Shown in pieces: positions 37,892-49,824 of a stretch of DNA of 64,000 nt. Below the pieces are notes generated by a model. That model searched no databases, was not told where the DNA came from, and saw nothing but the letters and a program-made list of their open reading frames with translations. The stretch comes from Nemertoderma westbladi. Its lineage: Eukaryota > Animalia > Xenacoelomorpha. Position numbers and translations under genes: made by a program. The number at the start of each line of letters is the position of its first letter. Positions within the stretch are counted from its first letter, which is position 1. The DNA lies in contig JAUCBJ010009039.1 of NCBI GenBank assembly GCA_032718475.1, positions 33,885 through 97,884 of the forward strand, in the 5' to 3' direction.

Positions 37892-38275
37892 TGACAGTAA
37901 CGGGGGGAAGAGAGTAGAGGGTGAGAAGTGAGTTATTAGCCAATGGGGGGAAAGCATCGACTGAGTAGTGCAATGCGGCCAACAGTGCAATATATATTAT
38001 CATTCGTTGTGCCAATTCATTCACTTGTAGTAAGTCAGTTAGTTAGGACAGTACCGGAACTCTAATTACCGTCTCCGTCTGCTGTCAGCAATATATTATC
38101 ATTTACCGGTACACCACATCAAACATCAACTATTCGTGCTATTATCATTTATTATATTATATCCTTGAGCCTATATACACCGATCAATCAATAACTCAGA
38201 ACTCTTTCACATACACACGGCGGGGACGCGTAGATTAAAAACTGGATAAACCGGGATCCTCAGTGGATCCCGTCA
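37892..38275 (+). mobile_element. 3' LTR (384 bp) of BEL/Pao element B
   Basis: Polypurine tract ggaagggagagag then TGAC...GTCA termini; no second copy in the window to confirm. Confidence 0.7.
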
Positions 38276-38396
38276 CAGTGAAAATGCAGAATACACTGCA
38301 CTGACTAATGATAATCACAAATATAGGCCTACAGACCTGCAGACTGACAGACTTCAGGTAGGCTATGGGTTCAGGACTTAATGCACACTGGTAGCT

Positions 38397-41300
38397 GGGT
38401 ATATCTTTTGCGTAGAGGTATAGCCTATAGGCCTATAGAGGCTACATGAAGGTAGGTGTAGCCTACATGTAGATGCACGTGTAGGGTGAACGTAGGTAGG
38501 TGTAGTCCCATAGATATTAATGTAATTTATGTGTCAACTTGCAGTAACGTGATACACGGTCGTCAATCAGGATGTATGGCAATAATCTCTGATCTCCACG
38601 GTACAATAGTTTGAATTTGTAATTATTTTTGTATCGAATCATTACGTAAAAAGGAAGTATTGTTTGAAATTTAATTGTAAATATGTAAGTACGCCCTAAG
38701 TATTCTATAGTTTGATTGATTATTGGTGAAAACCGTATATTTTATGCACGATAATATCCTGTTTTCATGGAGCGGTATAGAATTATATTCCCTAAATGCC
38801 GTGGATTTTCAAAATTTTTATTTTATTCGAATTAACTTTGTAAAGATTGCTTTGAGTTCTCATTAGTATTGGTTCTATCTATTGTGCACCCATCGGTCAA
38901 GTGGTTCAGTAGCTCAGTCGGTAGAGCGTTGGAAATTATATGTGTAGTAGGTATCGAGTTCGAATCCTAATAAGTGCGAATTATTTTTTGTGCAGAATTT
39001 CAACTCATTTAAATTAACCGCTACAAATTAATTGCATTTGTCTGTACCAATGAGACCGTAGTTATTTGATTGTAACCAATGTTGTGTAAGTTATATATTA
39101 GCTGGACCAATAGCTATCTTTAAAACCCTGTTAGAACCTATAGAACAATCGAGAATTTTCTCGATTGATTGCAGCACAAATTTGGTATATAAAGGTGCGA
39201 TTTCGTTCATTAGTTCACTAATTATATCAATCTATCCATCATTCACTTTCTGTCTTATTTCAGATTACATTGTTTATTGTATAATAGTTATTATATCTTT
39301 TGTAATAAAAGTCAGAAATACTAGTCACATCTCAGCCCTTTTCTATCTGTTTTACTATGGTTTCACTACGGTGAACAAACTCAGGGACAGGATGGCCGGC
39401 TAGAGATCGGGCCGCAGCAATGAACGGGAACATCACGGGAATGTAGACGAGAGACAACCCGCAATACCATTTAGAGTTATTCGCCCATCGCCTGAAAGGT
39501 TAGACAGCGTTCGATCCTTGCTACCTAAGTGTAAGACCAAAAGATCAAAAGGTAGACGTAGTGACACGCTGCAAGCCTAAAATTACATCATAGGGACTGT
39601 ACTGTCTTGATTCAGGAAAACCCACAGTAGACCTTCACATTCCTACGGGGGGAGAGGGAGAGCGCAGGCAGATACTAGTACGCAGATAGGACGTAGACAC
39701 ACCGGTACAAGGCATACACATTGGTTAGGGTGCAGCAAACTGTACGCTTAACTCTTGCTAAGTACAGGTGTGTGTGCGACTATTTGCAGTACGACAGTGT
39801 CCATTGCATTAGAACTTGTAGGCTAGGGGGTTGCTGTGTTTTCACCTGAATTGGGATTGTACCGTTCAGGCGGTAGGGCAGTTTACGCTAGGCGCAAATA
39901 AATTGAGGCTATCAGGGATATACTAACATCTACCGTGTCCCCGCCAACGCCCTAATAGGAAGTTACCCGGACTACCTGGGTGACTAAAATTCTAGATAGG
40001 AGCCAGGATAGCTATTAGTACCCGTACGCCTACAGTAGTAAACTAACACATCTCTTCTTAGTATCAGGGACCTGGTACCTAAAATTGCCGAATTCTGGGC
40101 GTAGTATTAACCTTATGCCTGAATTTGAGTCCTGGAAATACGCAAGAGGGGAAGGAACCTTATCATTCGTGAGTATTGGACCTACAAGTTACAAAATTAG
40201 AATATTCGTAAAATGCACACCGTACCCAGTAATTATATATGTGAAGGAGCAAAACTGTTTTGACCGTTCAGAATTAACACACGCGCGTTAGAAATTATTT
40301 ACACCTCGAAATATATAAAATTAACTTTGTCCGTACTGTGCTTTGCCCGCTAGTTAGACATCTCCAAATCTCTGCCTGTACCTAGCTAGCGTCTCTTTGC
40401 CCAACCATATAAATCACACCGCGGCAAAGTATACGAGCCCTTTAGTCCGTCAGCGAGTCAGCCTGATTTTAGGATTCGCTGCGCGGGATTTGTTTTATCG
40501 AAGTTTGTCTGCTCGTAGACTGTTTTCTGCCTCACCGGTTATAAGAGATCGATACTGCAATATATTCGCTTACTTTGAGTTTACTGTTTTGGTGAGAAGG
40601 TCGGATTTATGATTTGATTTACAACTTTACAGTAGGATATTGCAGGCATTGTTACCGTCTTTTCGCATAGTAGGAATAGGCGTATCTCTTCCAATAAGAT
40701 TAAAACGGCCACAGCAAGATTTATAAAATGGAAAATAAGTAAAATCAGCACACAATATTATCAATATAGACATTGAAGACAATTTAATAAACAAATATTA
40801 TAAAAAAATATCTACTAACAATCAATACATGATATATCTGTATATATAAATAATATATATACATCAGCGACTACCATCGCCACTCTGGTTCAATCAGTCA
40901 GTCCAGTATCAATTTTAGCGTTTTGTTGAATCACCCACTCATCCTCAGACCCTCATGGACACCGGCGACGAGCTCTAACCCTAACCGTTAGTCGATTCCT
41001 CCTTGACTGGAAACATCAGGTTCGGGCCGTTCGGCCCATACAAAGTCATTAGCCTCCATATGCCTGAACCCGCAGGATCATAAGATCTACAGTATGTATC
41101 GGTATCGTTCAGTCGTTTTTTCCTTTGTCATTACTGTAGTATTGATAGGCTCCGTCTCGTGGGTATTCAGGGGACCCCATTCGACGTATTCGCATCTCCT
41201 CCTGGTTGTTTCGGGTACCACCCCCGTTCGCCGCATTCGCATCTCATCGAGGAAGTTCCGGTCCGGGTACCCCGTGTAGGCCTATTCATTCATCATTGTT

Positions 41301-41419
41301 GTTTTTAAAGACCTACCTACACCTACCTACATTCACCCTACACGTGCATCTACATGTAGGCTACACATACCTACATTTAGCCTCTATGTAGGCTATACCT
41401 CTACGCAAAAGTTATACCC
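38397..41419. mobile_element. Mutator-like (MULE) non-autonomous element, 3023 bp
   Basis: 9-bp TSD ctggtagct (38388-38396, 41420-41428); ~110-bp imperfect TIRs gggtata.../...tataccc. Confidence 0.88.
38903..38980 (+). mobile_element. tRNA-derived SINE head
   Basis: tagctcagtcggtagagc and gagttcgaatcc; anticodon and acceptor stems broken. Confidence 0.6.
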
Positions 41420-41769
41420 CTGGTAGCTGGCTGAGTACAGCCACAGGCTGACAGCGACAGTGGACTGGTCACTGACTGGCGACAGTGAGTAGACTGGTGG
41501 CTGGTGCGATGCAGCACTGCACTGAATGTCTAATGCAGAACAAAAAAAATATTAAAGAGACAAAGAGTCTAATCAGCATGGAAATAGAAATAGAAAGTTT
41601 TTATTTACTTCTATAAGTAAAAACGCACCAACATGCACAACACAATAAAATAAGATCATTTTTTTAAACATTCACTGAGTGACAGATAGAGGCCGTATCT
41701 AAATAATCAAATATTAATATACATATAGTATACTATACAAATACACCGATATAAAAACAAATTTATTAC

Positions 41770-42235
41770 TATTGGTAAGTATGTTGGTGTATGCGATATA
41801 CAATATAAAATAAGTATGTAAGATATTGTTTTTAAAATACATAAAATAAGTTATTAAAATAAGTCAGGATAGTGATCTTAAAATAGAAACAAACAGCACA
41901 TTAAAATACTTAAAATTTAATAAAATAAAATGATTTAAGAAAAAGATTTAATTATTTTAAGTTAATGTTAGTATAGTTTTATTCTTAAAATAAGCCGTGT
42001 TTAATAAAATAAGGATATTATGTAATGTAGGTTTATTGAATTAAAATAATGTAGAAATAATGGAATAAGTATGTTAGTATATGCGATATACAATATAAAA
42101 TAAGTATGTAGTGAATTATTTTTAAAATACATAAAATAAATTAAAATAAGTCTGTACGATAGTGATCTTAAAATAGAAGCAAACAACACATTAAAATATT
42201 AAAATACTTAAAAATTAATAAAATAAAATGTTTTA
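41770..42235. repeat. AT-rich direct duplication (~170-bp blocks, ~290-bp offset)
   Basis: taagtatgtt..tatgcgatatacaatataaaataagtatgta at ~41776 and ~42066. Confidence 0.75.
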
Positions 42236-43098
42236 AGCATGAAAACGACTGAAGGAAACCAGTACTGAAGTAGTTGAAAGTGGCCCAAGCCTGCAGGCAG
42301 TGAGGCTGAGGCCCAGCCAGCCAGGCCAGCCAGACTGAAATACATACACTTTGTGCCGGATTAATCCGGTGCGCTTTACAATAAAATCTCGCCAGTGTGG
42401 CGCGAGTGGCGCGCTCGAAAAGCGTAAAATGCTCCGCCTTGGCGAGTGGCGCTCACAAAAATAAAAACCGGCGCCGATTTGTTGGTTTAACAATTCTGGA
42501 AGTGCCTTAAATTTGCATTACCAGATTACCTCGCTGCTATGTCTTGTACTTGTCTAAAAATTTCGGCTCGCTTCGCTCGCCTTTCTTTATTCTATTGTAT
42601 GGTTACTATTTTATATTACTACAGACTGCAGTACTGTAGGCCTACCACCTGACCACAGTAACCTCCGGTACTACCAAATTAACCAAACAACTCTAACAGT
42701 GGTTGCAGTTGTAGACTGGTTATAGTGGTTACACTCCTTCAAAATTGAAATTGCATTGGCGCGTCGCTCTTCAAAATTGCTTCAATGCACGGCGTGCTTA
42801 AAAATTTCGTTGGCTCGCGATTTGCTTCGAAATTTCATCGGCGCGTGGCGAGCATAAAAATTGGGAAAGGGAAAGGAGCAGGTTACACTTTCTTGTGGCT
42901 TTGGATGCAGGGTTGAGGGTGGTGATTTCAACCTGGGTGACAAAATTACATAAATTTAATATTTCTGATTTGTATTTATTAATTTCACTACAGTACACCG
43001 GTAACATTTACGAAAAAGGCTGGTTTGTTGTGCTGATCAGCTGATTGCAAATCACAGATGGCAGATTAATCACGGGTCCGCATATGTGATAGATCCTG

Positions 43099-45465
43099 TC
43101 GTGTACAAGTCTGAGATAATTCCCTCTTGACATGACTCCCCAGTCATCTCAGCCGAGGCTGAGAACACTCCCCAGTTATCTCAGCCTAGGCAGAGAACAC
43201 TCCCCATAGGGTGAGATGACTCCCCTAACTTAGTTATAATTCATATATGAAGGCCGAAGGCCCGTATGGTAGTCATAATAAAGTACAGTATCTGGGGGGG
43301 GGGGGGGGGGGTGGGGGGCAGAGGCCAAATCTGGGGGGGCAAACCCATAACTGAGATTTGCGGAGCATACAACAAAGTGAGAGTTAACTTAGTACATAAA
43401 TACAGTATAATCAATATTGTTGAAGGTGTGTGGGGCGAGCCACGGAATTGGCGGAGTCTAGGCGAACTGACACTGTTAAGTTAAGTAGTATGTCAATAAT
43501 GGCAAATACTGTAGTTGTTGACGTAACGATTTCATTAAAGTAACATTCGTCAGATTTAAAGCTGTCGAATTGAAAATTTGTAGCCATAAATATGTCCAAA
43601 ACTTGACATTATTTAGCAACTTTTGACACCAACAGTTCAACAGTTTCCTGCTAGATGGCTACATGTCTAAGCATTAAATGTCCTCCCATTTCTTTGATTT
43701 TAAACCGTTTAAGCGGAAACTTGGCAGAATTGTACTAGACCATTAGCTGACCGGCTGTGTCTTTTAAACTTTTTCGGGGGTCTTAAATCGACTACTGTAC
43801 AGTTTTTAAGCCTGCCACTAGGCTGGTGTAAAGTGATCAAGGGCATCTGCTTAGATTTTGCTTATATTTCTTTCAAGGTGACACTTACATAAGTTTATGT
43901 TACGTGCTGCGTGAATGACCCACTTCAGGTATAATTATGGTTAAGGTTAAGTTACAACAAAATACCAGCGCAAGCAACCCTCAGCGCCTAGCCTTTTAGC
44001 TGCAAGCTGGCTCCATATGACAGACAAATAGACAATGGGTCAACAACAAACAACCCCTGGTAGCCAATGAGAGAACCTGGAGCTTTCTGGTATTTTTAGT
44101 AATTACAGGTAGGTAGGGGGGGGGGCAGTGCCCCCAAAGCCCCCCCCCCCCCCCCCGCACGATACGGGCCTGGGCCAAGGTGTACTAAATACCAGGTCAT
44201 GCAGCGAGCGGATAGCTGAAATTAGCGGAGGCCGATCTTTTCTCTGTTATGCGACTTTTCTTAGGTTGAAATGATCACTAGGGTTCATAGAAATGTAATA
44301 AAAAGTCTTTCTGGAATTTTTATATTATTGTTGTCAAATTTTGCCCGTCTGTAATTCAAGACAATGAGGGATTCTGTTTTTGAGATTTGGCAGGTGAGTA
44401 AAGGAAATAAAAGTTTATCTAAATATTTGACATTTAAATTTTTTTATATATTTCTATATTTTACATTTATTTCAATATTTTTTTATTTTTTGCCATGGTA
44501 ATAAGTATAATGACAAATTTTAATACTTTTCAACCAATTCTATATAACAAAATTTTAAAACTACAATTTTATTAGGTTTGTCATTCTTAATATTAAGTTA
44601 AAATTACCAACATCATATTTTATCAATCGTCAATTGTGAATCTTGTTTGTAAAGGTCATAAGTCCCAATAAACAAAACTGTCCAATCAGAGAGCAAGACC
44701 TGTGATAGCATGATTTTTAGATCCCAGAATAATAAATTTTGGTTGCAATTATTATAAAAGAAGGACAAGCCCCAGGCACGTCAGTTGCAAATGATATAAA
44801 TAGAAAATAGTAGCCCAATTTCTAGCTGGCGGTCATAATGTGAAATTATCGTTACACCCATCACCATGGAAACTGGTTTGAAAAATACAGTATATACCTT
44901 TAAAATATATTGATAGACTTTTATTTCCTGTACTCACCTGCCAAATCTCAAAAACAGAATCCCTCATTGTCTTGAATTACAGACGGGCAAAATTTGAACT
45001 TTGTACCCGGTTACCTTGACAACAACAACATAAAAATTCTAGAAACGTATTTTATTACATTTCTATGAACTCTAGTCATCATATTATCCACCTAAGAAAA
45101 GTAGCATAAAAGTGGTTTCTAAGGAAATATTATGAAAACAGAGACATAAATAGAGAAAAGATCGGCCTCCGCTAATTTCAGCTATCTGCTCGCTGCATGA
45201 CCTGTTATTTAGTACAGCTTGCTGTTTGCCTACCTGTGTTATTTTCGTATTTTGCAAAAATAAAACTGTAAACATATGTTATTGAGTTATCGTTTATTGT
45301 TTTGGTTAGAAAATCCCACCACTGGAACCTGCTCCTTTCCGTTAATTAAGAAATATAGGGAGAAAACTTGCAGCCTAGGCCGAAAAGACTGGGGAGTGTT
45401 ATCAGCCTAGGCTGAGAAGACTGGGGAATCATATTTGGTGTGGAGTTATCTCAGCCTGTTACACC
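43099..45465. mobile_element. TIR element (~105-bp arms) with nested elements
   Basis: ctgagataa..ctccccagt..cagcctaggc at 43099-43205 is inverted at 45358-45465. Confidence 0.7.
44181..45215. mobile_element. Nested MITE with long (~235-290-bp) imperfect inverted arms
   Basis: tgtactaaata.caggtcatgcagcgagc...ggcaggtgagta is inverted at ~44918-45215. Confidence 0.85.
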
Positions 45466-45786
45466 GGTGTACAGTACTGTACAAGGCGGAGATAACTCAT
45501 GAAATTGAGATATCGTCGTTTATTGTTATAACTGTAAATAGTCAAAGCGAATAAGTTTAAGGCACTGCGAGGAGAGCCATGTACTACTGTAGTATGGAAT
45601 GGGGGGGTTAATTTAATAATAATTGTAAGTAGTTGATTTTGACATTTGTTTTTGTTTACTCTTGTAATTTTAACTACTACTCGTGATAGCCCTTTTTAGG
45701 TCCGCGTAGCGAAACCTCTAGTATTCACTTCGTTGTTGGTGTTGTTGTTAATTTCTCGATTGGTTTTGGTATTAAAGATTGATACA

Positions 45787-45860
45787 GCCCCAGTGGCTCA
45801 GTTGGCAGAGCGTTGGACTTGGAATCTCTAGATATTGAGTTCAATCCCCCATTCCGGTGA
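45787..45860 (+). mobile_element. tRNA-derived SINE head
   Basis: gtggctcagttggcagagc and gagttcaatcc; cloverleaf incomplete. Confidence 0.6.
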
Positions 45861-46112
45861 ATGTTTTTTGCTGTAAGATTGGTAGTAAGCCATTCAAGGA
45901 CTCAGTTCATGCGTTAGTAGACGCGGACCTTGTCGTGGCGCTTGTTTAAGTTTGAACACTATCTATGTATTTAATTACCCGGTACTTTAATAAATAACAG
46001 TTTATCCTTAAAATCTTTCATTACTAATAACTTGGAAAATTTATCAAATTAATGATAGATTTAATAGATTTTATTTACCATATTTTCTCATCTCCATTAT
46101 TATTATATTTCA

Positions 46113-46660
46113 GAAATTGACTCGGAGGCATTTATGTCTTATTGTGCTGAGAACTTTTGGAACGGGTATTCTGCCGTTTTCAACGTAACTCATACAAAGC
46201 GATTTTGGTGTGCGTGGCAAGTACGGAAACCTGTAGGGGAAAATATACGAAAAAAGGTGTCATCTGAAAATGTATGATACTATGAGAGAGATTACTAGCT
46301 GTGCTACTCGAAACAGTTTCCTGGAATCAGCCAAATTGTATTATCCAGACTGTTAAAAAACGAATCCGCAACAAGCTGGTAAAGTGGCACAAAAATTCTT
46401 GACCAATCGAGGATGCATAAAGGGGAGTTGGATGTTAGTTCTAATAACAATAACTCTACCTGGTCAGTGCCTTCTCTAAACAAGGAAGATATTGTTTATA
46501 AGGTTTCGTACAATAATACTGGCTTTGCTCATGTATCAATAAGTGTAGGTACTGTAAGATCTGCCGGTGCTCAAGTACTGTAGTTGTACCTGTGAGGATT
46601 TCCTAGTGAAACATGCTTGTTGCAAACATATCCACTTTGTGGCTTCTATTTTTAAACCTC
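46113..46660 (+). pseudogene. Degenerate MULE transposase with SWIM zinc finger
   Basis: Manual translation: FMSYCAENFWNGYSAVF..RFWCAWQV (cf. FMSD..AF.NAW..VF...CxWHV) and CTCEDFLVKHACCKHIHFV (SWIM CxC...CxH). Confidence 0.7.
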
Positions 46661-47169
46661 ATAAAAACAGATCCCTACAACCTTGGACTTCTAGAATATT
46701 AATTTATACCAGGAATAGAAACTGTTCATTCGGAAATACCACTTGAGGCCTACTTTCTGATTTTTGCTAGCAGTTATTTATTTTAGGAATCATCATATCA
46801 TAAAGGACCCCCTTGGAAATAAGCTGCAAAGCTTTAGGGGTAATCCTATGTTATGTTGGACAATACTGTACCTTTATACCGGTACATTGTTTGGTGTATT
46901 TGTTATTGTTTTTTACATAATGTATAAATAAATCTATCTATCTATCAGGAAATTTCTGATGTCATTGTCAGATTGTGAGATATTTCCATGGTAAAATTTC
47001 CGTATAGGGAAATATAATATACATGTTTCCCTATAGGGAAACAGGCAAAGTTAATGTTCACATGTCTATAAAACCCCCAGGGTAGTAGTTGGCTGCCTTG
47101 GCACTTGGGGCAGTACTGCAGTAGTTATATTGAAGATAGGGTAGAGGTGAATGCCAACACACTGTTACT

Positions 47170-47563
47170 ATCAATAATAAAATTCAGGGGCTAATAAAAT
47201 GGCAGCTGGCTTTGAAATTAATACTCCATATCTCAAGAACCTGTGGCCTTGTGGTTGTTGTCTCGGCTTCCACCTCGAGGTCCCAGGTTCGAATCCGACA
47301 CCACGCTGATGAGACCCATTAAGGTCGAAACGCGTACGTGGTTTGGAGAGATATGTGAGATATTAATTTCAAGAAAAATTACGCGATTCCTAAATTTGTA
47401 CACTACCCGGTTATAAAGTACGCATGTGATGGGATTAGTCCTACAATTGCGCCAATAAAAGATAAGTTATTTTCGGTAAAATAAACTTATCATTCGAGGT
47501 TAAGACCCCTAGATCCCTTCCTATAATAAATATATAATAACAAACACCTCGAAAAATACAGCT
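47170..47563 (+). mobile_element. 394-bp retrozyme/SINE-like insertion with 18-bp TSD
   Basis: tgccaacacactgttact at 47152-47169 and 47564-47581; contains Pol III A/B boxes and a hammerhead. Confidence 0.75.
47300..47342 (+). ncRNA. Minimal type I hammerhead ribozyme
   Basis: Stem I accacg/cgtggt, CTGATGA, stem II GACC-cattaa-GGTC, GAAA, palindromic stem III ACGCGT, GUA cleavage triplet (cut after 47336). Confidence 0.85.
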
Positions 47564-47949
47564 TGCCAACACACTGTTACTTTCACCTTTAGACATTTAG
47601 CTCTCTGCCCTCTAGCGGCGGACTGGATAATTGCGGACCTGCTCGATCACCTTCTTCACAAATACTACTTAACTATTATAACCCTTTGCCCTGTTCTAAC
47701 TTAGAGTCTAACACCAAACTTTAGCTTGGTATCAAGCCACCTAGATCCCCTGACACACACAACCTATCAAGAGTTACACCACCTCATCTACATGGTCGCC
47801 ACCACCTGGCACGAGCTCTCACCAGACTGTGTGTGCTGACTCTGCCTCTCGACTTGTTCGAGTAGGTATCGAGACAAACAATTTGTCCACAAACAAACAG
47901 TTTTAATTTATATATTAACAATAAATTGATTTATTTATTAATTTAAAAG

Positions 47950-49392
47950 TCATTCATTTCCAGAGACTGATACTGGTGCCGACAGATTAATAAACTTAAT
48001 AAATTCCTCTTGAGTCAATAGAGACGCGTCATCAGTCGTCATGGGAACAGAGTTATCAACCACACGAGACACTTTAACAACCCTCGGTTGCCATGGCCAC
48101 AACCAATGGGGGAGATGCTTTTGGTCAGCGGCGCCGACTGCGGCAGTCGGCATCTCGAACACCGACAGGGCTTTCTCGGGGTTGTGGAAGTATTTCCGTC
48201 GTTGGGACTTACTCCAGACCACGGTCCAAGACGGGTTCGTGGTCCGGACGAGGTGGAGCCCCTTCGGTACGAAGTGTTCGACGCGATTCCAACGCGGAGG
48301 CAGACGACAACACAACTGGGGTCTACACGACTTCGCGAGTCTCATATCGAGTGTCTCCAGACACCGGGACGCGTCCTCCAGTCGGAAGATCTGTTTGACG
48401 ACTAACGGAACGAGTTCCGTCCGACTGCTTCTATTCACCGACTTAACGAACAGTTCCGCGTTCCGCATTCGCTCCACGTAGTGGAATCGTGACACGTTCG
48501 CACCGCCTAGAAACAACACATCGCACACATGTAGAGTAACCAGTCTACGTTGGCCCTTCCCTTCCCCCACGAGGTTCTCCACTAACTCCCCCCGTATCAA
48601 TGTGTCGCTAGGCAACTCGAGATTAACACTGGTCTTCCTGGACCACTCCGTGCCGTTCCACCACCAGACGTTACCGCGTCGCAAACCGAGGATAACGTCG
48701 GGCTGTTTGTCCGAGAATCCTGTCACATAGCAACGGTAATCGTAAACACTCTTTATACTGGAGGATAGATTCTTATTGCTCAGATGTGTGACGTCACAAC
48801 AACCGCGCAACAATTCGGGGTCAATGCCCATTCGTTTAAAGATCTCGTCTGGTTCCTCTATTTCCGGAGCGGCCCTGGGTGTAAGCGGTACGCCCCATAG
48901 CGACAGAGCCTGGGACCGGACATCCCCCTGTCTGGAATCCGTTAGGTTTGGATTCTTAGCGAATACGAATATTTTTTGTAAGTTTCTAATTTGTACGAGA
49001 GCTTGACTCTCATTCTGACTGCTAATAAATTCCGTAAACTCTGTAAATTCGCACATGAGTTCTAAGGGAACAATGTCGGTTATCTTCTGTCGGTTTCCGA
49101 TTGCTTTTATATTTTGCATCGCTCTATTAACTTTGACTAAATGGTCAATGATAATTTTCTTGGAGTCAGTGTTGAAACCTTTGCAGACCAGGTAGCGTTC
49201 GGAATTGGCTGGCCGACTGGTTACTGGTTTGTGTATGGTGACGAAGTCGAAGCAGCAGTACGCTATGTAGATGAGACCGACGGTGAAGTTAGTGAAGGTA
49301 TCAAAGAGTTTGCATAGGAAGTTACCACCAGGGCGGAGTATCATAAGAGAGCAGAGTAGTTGACAGAGAATCAGTTGTTGGGACATTTCTTC
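47950..49392 (-). CDS. CMTR1: Cap-specific mRNA 2'-O-methyltransferase 1, last exon
   Basis: EEMSQQLILCQ...GGNFLCKLFDTFT...KPVTSRPANSERYLVCKG, guanylyltransferase-like region and WW-like SWTVVWSKSQRRKYFHN; acceptor ttttttag|GAA. Confidence 0.95.
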   Translation of the reverse strand, partial: EEMSQQLILCQLLCSLMILRPGGNFLCKLFDTFTNFTVGLIYIAYCCFDFVTIHKPVTSRPANSERYLVCKGFNTDSKKIIIDHLVKVNRAMQNIKAIGNRQKITDIVPLELMCEFTEFTEFISSQNESQALVQIRNLQKIFVFAKNPNLTDSRQGDVRSQALSLWGVPLTPRAAPEIEEPDEIFKRMGIDPELLRGCCDVTHLSNKNLSSSIKSVYDYRCYVTGFSDKQPDVILGLRRGNVWWWNGTEWSRKTSVNLELPSDTLIRGELVENLVGEGKGQRRLVTLHVCDVLFLGGANVSRFHYVERMRNAELFVKSVNRSSRTELVPLVVKQIFRLEDASRCLETLDMRLAKSCRPQLCCRLPPRWNRVEHFVPKGLHLVRTTNPSWTVVWSKSQRRKYFHNPEKALSVFEMPTAAVGAADQKHLPHWLWPWQPRVVKVSRVVDNSVPMTTDDASLLTQEEFIKFINLSAPVSVSGNE

Positions 49393-49522
49393 CTAAAAAA
49401 TATAATTATTGAATCAACAACACTGATATTATGTACAATATTGTAGTATTCCAGAATCACTATGAACTATTAATTGTAGTATTCCAGAAATCACATGTGG
49501 CTAGGGCTATTCCAGAACCAAC

Positions 49523-49824
49523 CTGTTTATTCTCATTGCCATCCACTGATATCCCACCATCCCCAGTAACACAATGAACCCCGATTCCGTCTGAATGCTC
49601 CACTACGTACTGCGCGAATGCAAACAGATTAGCCTCGTTGGTGATATCCCCATCACCCTTGTACCCATTGACGCCATAGTATGGCTCGAATGACTCCGGG
49701 GACGCGGCGAAGAAATCTTCTATCTTGAAATCGGAAGCGTCTGTTGTGGATTTGAGTGTCATACCGAACCCCTTGGCGCGCCAACCCTTCCTCCACAGCA
49801 TATACTCAGAGAACCCACCGGGAC
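49523..49824 (-). CDS. CMTR1: CMTR1 penultimate exon (SAM-binding region)
   Basis: (G)PGGFSEYMLWRKGWRAKGFGMTLK...FEPYYG..GDGDI...GVHCVTGDGGISVDGNENKQ; acceptor ctctag|GT, donor CAG|gttggt; 302 nt. Confidence 0.93.

Noticed and set aside
4360-45860. Functional tRNA genes at ~4360, ~38903 and ~45787
   Set aside because: A/B boxes are present but acceptor or anticodon stems do not pair; treated as SINE heads
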